Assembly: GCA_965223385.1 (NCBI GenBank)
Contig: CBDCWR010000004.1
Span: 267,258 to 331,257, forward strand
Length of the DNA stretch: 64,000 nucleotides
Direction: 5' to 3'
Source: Candidatus Multivoraceae bacterium
GTDB lineage: Bacteria; Acidobacteriota; Thermoanaerobaculia; Multivoradales; Multivoraceae
Position numbers and translations under genes: made by a program. The notes under the pieces are model-generated. The model was given only the letters and a program-made list of their open reading frames with translations, did not search any database and was not told where the DNA came from. Positions 27,317 to 37,117 of the stretch are shown one piece after another. The first letter of the stretch is position 1. Each line of letters begins with the position of its first letter.

Positions 27317-29170
27317 TCAGAAGCGGACCCCGACTCCCAGCTCCATGATCTCAGCCGCGTAGTCGTTCAGGCCAAACCTGGTCTCGCTGTAGTCGAGGTC
27401 GCGGTAGGCCGCGCGAAGGAGGTAGCGCTCGCTCAGCTCCACGTCGGCGAATGCCCGCAGGTCCTGCTGATCGTGAGAGAACGAGCCGCCGTTGTCGTAC
27501 ACGCGAGCCTCCGCCCCGAGGCGCAGACGGTCGCTCGCGCGCACCTGCACCCGAAGGTCGAAGAAATCGGCGTCGCTCACGAAGAGGATCGGCAGGGACA
27601 GCTCCAGGCCGCCGAGGAAGCCGGGCAGGGTGGTCACGGTCTGGTCGATCGCCCGCTCCACCTCGATCCGCGAGTAGCCGCCCGAAATCTCGACCTTCCC
27701 GCGACGAACGCCGGCGCGCAGCGTCAGCGAGTCGTAGTCGACCTGCCAGTCGGAATTGTCGTTGTCGGTCTCCTGGACCAGATAGGTGCCCTGCGCATAG
27801 ACCCCCTGGGGACCCTGGTACCGCGCGTTGAGGCGCATGCGTTGCCGGTCGGTGGGGGAAGCCAGCGTGAACGGATCATCGGAGGAGCTGTCTTCGAGGG
27901 TGGCGCCGACCTTCAGCTGTTTGGTCGGACGCCAGTTCGCTGTCAGGAAGCCGCCGGTGTGCCGGGTCGAGACGTCGTGCCTCGAGGCGTCCACGAGTGC
28001 CTGCGCGTCCCGTTCCTCCTGGCGGAGGCCTACCGTGACCGTGAGCTTGCGAGTGGCCGCCATCTCGAGGCCCACGTCCGCTGCGGTCGTCTCGATCTCC
28101 CACGCGCTCGTGGCCCCGGACGACTCCACGGCCACCCGGCCGTCCTGATCGAGGTCGTGGTGGCGGACGCCCCCGATCAGGGCCAGGCGATCCGTGAGCA
28201 GCCAGGAGATCTCGACGTCCGCCAGAGTGAAGTCGCGCCTCACGTCCCCCTGCCCCTGGTCGTCGAACGCGAGAGGCTCGCCGCGGAACGAAGTGCCCTG
28301 CCCCCGCTCCGAGGTGCGGAAGTCGAGGTCGAGAGTCTCCACCTGGGCCGTGGCGTGCACCAGCAGGTCGTCCGTGGGCCGCGCGTTGACCCTGAGACTG
28401 TGGCGGTTCGAGGTGGAGTCGATCGGCTGGTCGAAGAAGTAGAGATCGAGAATCGCCGGACCGGGATTCTCCCCCTCCGACCTGCCAGGAAGGAAGATCT
28501 CCTGCGTGTTCTCGAAGGTCCGGTAGGTCTCTTCGAAGACGACCGTCGTGCGCTGCCAGCTGTGCTGGAGCGCGACGGAGATCTGATCCATCGTCTCGGA
28601 GAGGGGTTGGTCGAGCTCGAACTCGTCGCGCGAGACGTCGAAGACCGTCGTACTCTCCCCCTCTTTGGTGAACCGGTCGAAGCGGACGTCGAGCTTCGTC
28701 CTCGGTCGCAGCTGGAGCTCGAGCGAGGCGAAGTCGCGGACGCGCTGGAAATCGAAGTGATGGAAGTCACCGCCGTTCGAGAGTCGCGGGTCGACGCGTT
28801 CCGGGGGAAGGAGCAGGTCTTCGTAGAAGCGCTGCGAAGAGCGCCGACCGAAGTCGAACCGGTAGCGCCCGAGCTTGCGGGCGGAGATGTCGATCTGTTC
28901 GAACGGCTCGCCGCCCAGGCTGTCCACGCGGACCTCGAACAGGTCGAGTGCCTCGCTCGAGGGGCGGTAGTCGAAGTTCAGCTTGAAGAGCCGCGCTCCC
29001 TCGCCGAGGTTGATGTGCTGCCGGTACTTCCCCTCGGCACCTTCGACGTCGACAAAGCGCCAGCCGACCACGACCTCGCCGCCGAATGCCTCCTCCTGGC
29101 CCGTGGCCGCGGTCGTGAGGCTGCCCAACAGCGCCGCAAGGAGAACCGCCAGCGTGGGTCGTTCGAACAT
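27317..29170 (-). CDS. Large outer-membrane beta-barrel protein, MtrB/PioB/MtoB-like by context
   Basis: Signal peptide MFERPTLAVLLAALLGSLTTAATGQ. Amphipathic strand pattern throughout. C-terminal OMP beta-signal ...MELGVGVRF. Starts 7 nt after the decaheme cytochrome gene. Confidence 0.7.
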   Translation of the reverse strand: MFERPTLAVLLAALLGSLTTAATGQEEAFGGEVVVGWRFVDVEGAEGKYRQHINLGEGARLFKLNFDYRPSSEALDLFEVRVDSLGGEPFEQIDISARKLGRYRFDFGRRSSQRFYEDLLLPPERVDPRLSNGGDFHHFDFQRVRDFASLELQLRPRTKLDVRFDRFTKEGESTTVFDVSRDEFELDQPLSETMDQISVALQHSWQRTTVVFEETYRTFENTQEIFLPGRSEGENPGPAILDLYFFDQPIDSTSNRHSLRVNARPTDDLLVHATAQVETLDLDFRTSERGQGTSFRGEPLAFDDQGQGDVRRDFTLADVEISWLLTDRLALIGGVRHHDLDQDGRVAVESSGATSAWEIETTAADVGLEMAATRKLTVTVGLRQEERDAQALVDASRHDVSTRHTGGFLTANWRPTKQLKVGATLEDSSSDDPFTLASPTDRQRMRLNARYQGPQGVYAQGTYLVQETDNDNSDWQVDYDSLTLRAGVRRGKVEISGGYSRIEVERAIDQTVTTLPGFLGGLELSLPILFVSDADFFDLRVQVRASDRLRLGAEARVYDNGGSFSHDQQDLRAFADVELSERYLLRAAYRDLDYSETRFGLNDYAAEIMELGVGVRF

Positions 29171-29176
29171 CGCGCT

Positions 29177-30100
29177 CTACCTCAGAAAGCCCGGGTCCAG
29201 GTTGGACCCGTGGATCGTGACGTGGCAGCTCGTGCACTGCGTCTCTGCGGTGAAGCGTGAGTGGAAGCCGGGGACAAAGGCGTGGCAGCTGTAGCACTGC
29301 TCGGCGACGCGCTGAAACCGCAGCATGTGCCGATTGGGCGACCCGTGCGCCTCATGGCACGAGGTGCAGCCCTCGACGCGCTGGGCGCCATGCTCGAAGA
29401 CGAAAGGCCCCCCTTTGTCCGCATGGCAGGAGACGCACGACTCCTGCTTGAAGCCGGCGAGCATCGTGCGCGCCGACGGCGCATGGGGATCGTGACAGGA
29501 GGTGCACTCCAGGTCACCCTCCTCGAGGCGATGGTGCGTGGTGAAGGAGAACTGCGCGAACGAGGCCTCGTGGCAGCCCGCACAGCTCTCCGACGGGCGA
29601 CCTGCCGGGTCCATCGAGGCGATCGCGGGAGGGGGCGGCGCCTCGGCCGGAGGATGGCTGGCGTGGCAGGCCGAGCAGTCGAGGCCGCTGCGGCCGTGCT
29701 CGCTGCGGTCGTAGCGCGGGTGCTCGTCCGCGTGGCAGGAGAGGCAGCGGCGGGAGTTCTCGGCAGGTGCCTCGTCGAAGCCGAACAGGTCGGTGCCGCC
29801 CAGGTTGTCCAGGTGCGCGCTCGGATCGCCGTGGCAGCCACCGCAGCTGCGGGCCGCGCCGAGCACCGCTGCAAGGCCGTCGCGATCGAGGGCCACGTGG
29901 CCCGTGCGCGTGACCGACTCCACCGCGTCTGCATGGCAGGTCGCACAGTCGGCGAGCTCCCACGAAGGCTCCGTGTGGGGGGCCCTGGCCTTCTCTTCGC
30001 TCTGCCCCTCCAGGACGGCCCAACCGAGCAGCCCGCCAAGGCAGAACGTCGAGGCGGCGAACCACCCCAACGTGCGCTGCCTCCAAGCCGATCGCTGCAT
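29177..30100 (-). CDS. Periplasmic decaheme c-type cytochrome, MtrA/DmsE/MtoA/PioA family
   Basis: Ten CXXCH motifs (CATCH, CGGCH, CLSCH, CSACH, CAGCH, CTSCH, CVSCH, CTSCH, CYSCH, CTSCH). C-terminal CHVTIHGSN. Internal ATG at 30100 (MQRSAWRQRTLGWFAASTFCLGGLLGWAV) has AGGAGGGGGAG upstream. Confidence 0.85.
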   Translation of the reverse strand: MQRSAWRQRTLGWFAASTFCLGGLLGWAVLEGQSEEKARAPHTEPSWELADCATCHADAVESVTRTGHVALDRDGLAAVLGAARSCGGCHGDPSAHLDNLGGTDLFGFDEAPAENSRRCLSCHADEHPRYDRSEHGRSGLDCSACHASHPPAEAPPPPAIASMDPAGRPSESCAGCHEASFAQFSFTTHHRLEEGDLECTSCHDPHAPSARTMLAGFKQESCVSCHADKGGPFVFEHGAQRVEGCTSCHEAHGSPNRHMLRFQRVAEQCYSCHAFVPGFHSRFTAETQCTSCHVTIHGSNLDPGFLR

Positions 30101-30284
30101 GATTTGCTCCCCCTCCTGGGCACGTCTGCGCGGTTCTCTCGCCCGGGCTGCGAGGCCGCGCGTGGTCTCGCCTCGAAGCTGCGCAGAGCTTGGCCCTGGG
30201 CACGAGGTGCGGCCAATCGTGGCTTTCACGGATGCACCGGGGGGCACTTCTACGCGAGACTCCCGGCTCGAGGGAGGTGAGGCG

Positions 30285-30638
30285 ATGAATGGGATCTGGA
30301 TTCCTGCCGCGCTCGCGGGCCTGGCTCTTGCGCTCGGCGGTGCAGAAGAGAAGAACGAGCAGGCCGAACGGGGGCGCGAGCTCTTCGTGTCTCAGAAGTG
30401 TTCGCGCTGCCACACCGTGACACGCCACGGCATCGAGGCGCAGGTCTCGGGCGCGATGCGTGGTCCGGAGCTGGGCTCGGGACCGGAGCGCACCGCATCG
30501 TGGCTCCGCGGCTACGTGCTCCGGGAGGAGAAGATCGACGGCAAGGCCCACCCCCTGCCCTGGAAGGGCACGGAGTCGCAGCTGGACCAGGTCGTGGCGT
30601 TCCTCCTGTCTCTCCGCGACGAGGCTCCGGAAGGCTGA
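30285..30638 (+). CDS. Small periplasmic monoheme cytochrome c
   Basis: MNGIWIPAALAGLALALGGAEE signal. A single CSRCH motif. SD GGGAGG lies upstream. Divergent from the decaheme operon. Confidence 0.75.
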   Translation: MNGIWIPAALAGLALALGGAEEKNEQAERGRELFVSQKCSRCHTVTRHGIEAQVSGAMRGPELGSGPERTASWLRGYVLREEKIDGKAHPLPWKGTESQLDQVVAFLLSLRDEAPEG

Positions 30639-30674
30639 CGCGCCGCCTTCGGGCGGGCACCGTTCCGACCGGCG

Positions 30675-31163
30675 TCAGCGGCCGTCGGCCTCGTCGGACG
30701 CGTCGTCCGCACACTCCGACCGAACGCGGAAGAACGAGACGAGCCGCCAGATGTCTTCGTCGGGCAGCTGACCGCCAAACGACTGCATCTGCGTGTCGGG
30801 AACCCCGTTGTAGATGACGTCGAAGATCTCCTGGTCGGAGCCGCCGTGCGTGTTCTCGCAGTCGAAGAGGAACGGAGCTTCCTTCTTCACCTTGTCGCTC
30901 GTGGAGTGGCAGTAGCCGGTGCACACGGCGCGGAACACGTTGAGGGCGCGCGTCTGCGCCGCCTCGTCGTCGTCGTACTGCGCGCTCGGCGAGGGCTCTT
31001 CCTCGACGGACGTACCCGCCGCTCCGGCGGGCGTACCGACCCAGGCGATCCACTGCGCGACCTGATGCGTCGGTGCGGTTGCGGAGGCCTGCGCGCTCGG
31101 CTCGGTCGCAGCCGCGGGGCTCGCGAGGAGGAGAAGGAGGGGGAGGGGGGCAAGGAGCTTCAT
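30675..31163 (-). CDS. Class I-like monoheme cytochrome c with a CX3CH motif (XoxG position)
   Basis: Signal MKLLAPLPLLLLLASPAAA. Heme site VCTGYCHS. Distal Met region DTQMQSFGGQLPDEDIWRLVSFF is typical of class I cytochrome c. Lies downstream of the xoxF and xoxJ-like genes. Confidence 0.7.
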   Translation of the reverse strand: MKLLAPLPLLLLLASPAAATEPSAQASATAPTHQVAQWIAWVGTPAGAAGTSVEEEPSPSAQYDDDEAAQTRALNVFRAVCTGYCHSTSDKVKKEAPFLFDCENTHGGSDQEIFDVIYNGVPDTQMQSFGGQLPDEDIWRLVSFFRVRSECADDASDEADGR

Positions 31164-31278
31164 GGCGACTTCCTCTGACGGCGGAACGATGGCGGTCGAG
31201 CAGCGCACGCGCTCGACGGGCGTAGGGCAAGAGCGAGCCGAAGGATACCGGACCTCGACCTGCGAGCTGCTCGCGGTC

Positions 31279-32139
31279 TCATCGCTCGCGCGTACCAAAT
31301 CGGCGCGGGCCGCCTCCGACTCCGGCGTCGAAGAGTGCGTCGCGGTCGGAGACCGAGTCCCAGGGGGCCCGGGTGAGTCCATAGCGGGCTGCGAGCTCGG
31401 CGATGGCTCCGTCGTGGCCGAGGGCTGCCAGCGCCTCTTCGAACTGGGCACGCAGGGCGTCGTCCCGCAGCGCGAAGTGCTCATTGAAGCGCAGTGCCGG
31501 GTGCGGCTCGAAGCCGGTCTGGGTCGCCTTCCCGAGCTTGGCCAGGGCCGGCCCCCAGAGGAGCGCGACATCGGCCTCACCGGCGTCGACGAGGGCGATC
31601 GCCTCGCCCGGGGTCGGTCGGGCCTGCCAGGTCTCGGAGCGCGCGTTGATGACGTAGTGTCCGAGCGTCTGCAGCTGCACGGCCACCCGCAGCTGCGCGA
31701 GGTCCTCGAGACCCGAGACGGGAGTTTCGCCGTAGACCTCGAAGGCCGCTCCGTAGTAGGGCTGCGTGAGGCGAAGTCCATCGGCGTCGGCGAGCGCGGC
31801 TTCTCCGGGCACCGATGCGGCGACGTCACAGGCGCCGCTCTCGACCTGGTCGAGCGGTAGATCGGAGTCTTCGATCTCGGCGAAGGCCGGGGCGCTGGGC
31901 GACCACACGGGCACGAGTCTGCGCCCCAGCCGGTCGGCGATCAGCTGGAGCAGGTCGAGGTCGAAACCGCGCCCTTCCGCCTTGCTGGCGCGCGGCAGAT
32001 CGTCGTCGAGCAGGCAGGCACGCAGAGGCTCCTGGGCCGAGGCGGAGCCCGCCACCAGGGTGGTGAGAAGCAGGGCCGGGGTCAGCGCTGCCGGGCACGT
32101 TGCCCTCGCTGGGTGACGGAGGCGTTCAGGCACGGTCAT
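31279..32139 (-). CDS. xoxJ: MoxJ/XoxJ-like periplasmic substrate-binding protein (SBP family 3), quinoprotein dehydrogenase-associated
   Basis: Signal peptide. SBP_bac_3-like layout (LRACLLDDDLP...FDLDLLQLIADRLG...DVAAS...YYGAAF...DVALLWGP). Located immediately after the PQQ dehydrogenase. Confidence 0.7.
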   Translation of the reverse strand: MTVPERLRHPARATCPAALTPALLLTTLVAGSASAQEPLRACLLDDDLPRASKAEGRGFDLDLLQLIADRLGRRLVPVWSPSAPAFAEIEDSDLPLDQVESGACDVAASVPGEAALADADGLRLTQPYYGAAFEVYGETPVSGLEDLAQLRVAVQLQTLGHYVINARSETWQARPTPGEAIALVDAGEADVALLWGPALAKLGKATQTGFEPHPALRFNEHFALRDDALRAQFEEALAALGHDGAIAELAARYGLTRAPWDSVSDRDALFDAGVGGGPRRFGTRER

Positions 32140-32152
32140 GGGCAGCCACCCG

Positions 32153-33925
32153 CTACGAGCTCGGCAGCTCGAAGACGAGAAGGACCGAGCCTTCCGGTAG
32201 CTTCACCGGGCTGCCGGTCGACGTCTGCACGATGCCGCCGCCGCCGGAACCGACCGCGAGGAAGGTTCGCCCGTCGATCTCGTAGGCGGTCGGATGGCTG
32301 CGGATGCCGGACCCGGTGCTGAAGCGCCAGACCTCTTCGCCCGACTCTGCGTCGAAAGCGAGGATGTGGCCATCCGCGTTGCCTGTGATCACCAGGCCGC
32401 CGGCCGTGGTCAGGACGCCCGCCATCATGGGGTGCTCGTCCTGATACCGCCACTTGATCTCCCCGGTCACCGAGTCGATCGCCGTCAGGTGGCCGTAGGA
32501 GCGCCCGTCGACCATGTCGACCGGAATTGGCTCGCCGCCGAAGTAGGGGACACCCTCGATGAAGATGACGAGCCCCTTCTTGAACATCATGCAGCTCTCG
32601 ATGGTCGGGATGTAGACCATGCCGGTCTTCGGGCTGTAGGCGCCGTTGTAGGCGCCGTTGTTGCCGCCGGCCAGACCGGGGCAGATGCGCTCTTTCGGGT
32701 CGTCGCTCGGTACCATGACCGGGTCGACCACGGGCCGCCCGTTCTCGCCGATCGTGCCCCAGTTGAGCTGCTCGACGTACTGGCTCGCCTGGATGAACGA
32801 GCCGTCGGTGCGGTTGAGAAGGTAGTAGTAGCCGTTGCGGTTCGCCTGCGCGATGAGCGGCGTCATGGTGCCGTTGATCTCGGCGTCGAACACGTAGAGC
32901 TCGGTGTTGCCGTCGTAGTCCCAGACGTCGTGCGGCGTGAACTGGAAGTACCACTTGCGCTCACCGGTCTTCGGATCGAGGGCGAGCACCGAGTCGCTGT
33001 AGAGGTTGTCGCCCTCGCGCACGTCGCCGTTCCAGTCGGGGCTCGGGTTTCCGGTGGCCCAGAAGAGGGTGTCCGACGACGGGTCGTAGCTGCCCGTCAC
33101 CCAGGACGCGGCGCCGCCGGTCTTGTACGAGTCGCCGGCCCAGGTCTCGACCCCGGCCTCCCCTTCGTCGGGAACGGTGTAGTGCCGCCAGGCGAGCTTG
33201 CCGGTCTCGACTTCGTAGGCGTCGAAGAAGCCGCGCACGCCGTACTCACCGCCGGCGATTCCGACGATTGCGAGATCGTGCACGATGAGGGGAGCCGAGG
33301 TGGCCGAGAAGCCCTTCTTGTAGTCGGCGATCTCGGTCGTCCACGCGATCGCGCCCGTGCGGCGGTGCAGCGCCACCAGCTTGGCGTCGAGCGTGGCCAT
33401 GAGCACGAGGTCGCCCGAGATCGCCACGCCGCGGTTGGCCGGACCGCAGCAGATGCGGAGGTCGCCGGGGTTCTGGTGGTCGTAGCGCCAGTAGAGCTCG
33501 CCGGTGACGGCATCGTGCGCGAAGACACGGTTGCCGCTGGAGGTGAGGTAGAGGATGCCGTCGTACACGATCGGTGCCGCCTCGAGCTGGCTGTTGTAGC
33601 CGGTCTGTGCGGTCCACGCGACGCGCAGGTTCTTCACCGCGCCCGGAGTCAGGGCTTCGAGGGGGCTGTAGCGCCACGACTGGTAGTTGCCGCCGAAGTG
33701 CAGCCACTCGCCGTTCGGCGAAGCCTCGAGATCGCTCGCTTTCACCGGGCCTTGGCCACGACCGATGTCGCGGTCGGTGGTCCAGTGGGTGTCGTTGAGG
33801 CCGAGCGCCTCGGCCTGCTCGTCCGACACGCCCTCCTGCTGAGCCGCGAGGGGCATGGCGAGGATCCAGATCAGGAGGCCGAGCCCAGCGCGGAGGGCTG
33901 GCGTGGCCGGGGAGGACTTGCTCAT
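32153..33925 (-). CDS. xoxF: PQQ-dependent alcohol (methanol/ethanol family) dehydrogenase, XoxF-type with a lanthanide-signature Asp
   Basis: Signal peptide. Motifs GGNYQSWRYSPL, vicinal Cys RICCGPANRG, GGEYGVRGF, GDNLYSDS, and catalytic/metal motif HDVWDYDGNTE (D-Y-D). Eight W-motif propeller pattern. Confidence 0.9.
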   Translation of the reverse strand: MSKSSPATPALRAGLGLLIWILAMPLAAQQEGVSDEQAEALGLNDTHWTTDRDIGRGQGPVKASDLEASPNGEWLHFGGNYQSWRYSPLEALTPGAVKNLRVAWTAQTGYNSQLEAAPIVYDGILYLTSSGNRVFAHDAVTGELYWRYDHQNPGDLRICCGPANRGVAISGDLVLMATLDAKLVALHRRTGAIAWTTEIADYKKGFSATSAPLIVHDLAIVGIAGGEYGVRGFFDAYEVETGKLAWRHYTVPDEGEAGVETWAGDSYKTGGAASWVTGSYDPSSDTLFWATGNPSPDWNGDVREGDNLYSDSVLALDPKTGERKWYFQFTPHDVWDYDGNTELYVFDAEINGTMTPLIAQANRNGYYYLLNRTDGSFIQASQYVEQLNWGTIGENGRPVVDPVMVPSDDPKERICPGLAGGNNGAYNGAYSPKTGMVYIPTIESCMMFKKGLVIFIEGVPYFGGEPIPVDMVDGRSYGHLTAIDSVTGEIKWRYQDEHPMMAGVLTTAGGLVITGNADGHILAFDAESGEEVWRFSTGSGIRSHPTAYEIDGRTFLAVGSGGGGIVQTSTGSPVKLPEGSVLLVFELPSS

Positions 33926-34126
33926 GGTCGAAGGTCTCCTTCGAAGGGGTGGGGCTCGTGCGGGAGCCCGACAGTGCTGACGCGAACGCGAGGGATCTGC
34001 GGGGATCGTACACCCCCGGAACGAGGAATCGTGCGGGCAGGCGGCGTCCGCGCTGGGCGATTCCAGAAACTTAGGTTCTGAACCAGGTGAGGTCTACCGG
34101 AAGGCCTTCGCGGCCCAGCTGACCGT

Positions 34127-34435
34127 CTAGTCCTGGTCGTACGACACGAGGTGGGCCGAGACGAAGACCGTCGCGCCGGAGAGAGCGGCGGCTTGGTCGT
34201 CGGCCAGGGCCGTGCGTCTCGGGTCGTCGCGGAAGCTCGCGAACTCGTCTTCGCTCGGGAACTCGAGCACGTGGACCTCGTCGGGAATCCCAGGCGTCCC
34301 GCGTCCCGCGGGCTCGAACGCCGTGATCAGGCGGCCACCATGGTTCGCCACCAGAGGAAGCACACGCCGCTCGTAGGTGCGGAGAGCGTCGAGGTCGCCG
34401 TCGCGCGCCTCGAGCAGCGCCACGACCTGGATCAA
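34127..34435 (-). CDS. DUF1330-like small protein
   Basis: MIQVVALLEARDGDLDALRTYERRVLPLVANHGGRLI...VLEFPSEDEFASFRDDP, the dimeric alpha-beta barrel pattern typical of DUF1330. Confidence 0.65.
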   Translation of the reverse strand: MIQVVALLEARDGDLDALRTYERRVLPLVANHGGRLITAFEPAGRGTPGIPDEVHVLEFPSEDEFASFRDDPRRTALADDQAAALSGATVFVSAHLVSYDQD

Positions 34436-34465
34436 CAGACTGCGACCCGCCTTCCTCGTGCACCA

Positions 34466-37093
<2,628 letters not shown>

Positions 37094-37117
37094 CGAGTAG
37101 CTTCGAGGCCGGGCCGC

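Noticed and set aside
27164-29260. 698-aa plus-strand ORF
   Set aside because: It is an antisense shadow of the outer-membrane barrel gene, with no motifs and an Arg/Val/Glu bias.
33926-34126. Possible sigma-54 promoter upstream of xoxF (TGGAATCGCCCAGC)
   Set aside because: It does not fit the TGGCAC-N5-TTGC spacing or sequence. There is only an SD (AAGGAG) that I can support.
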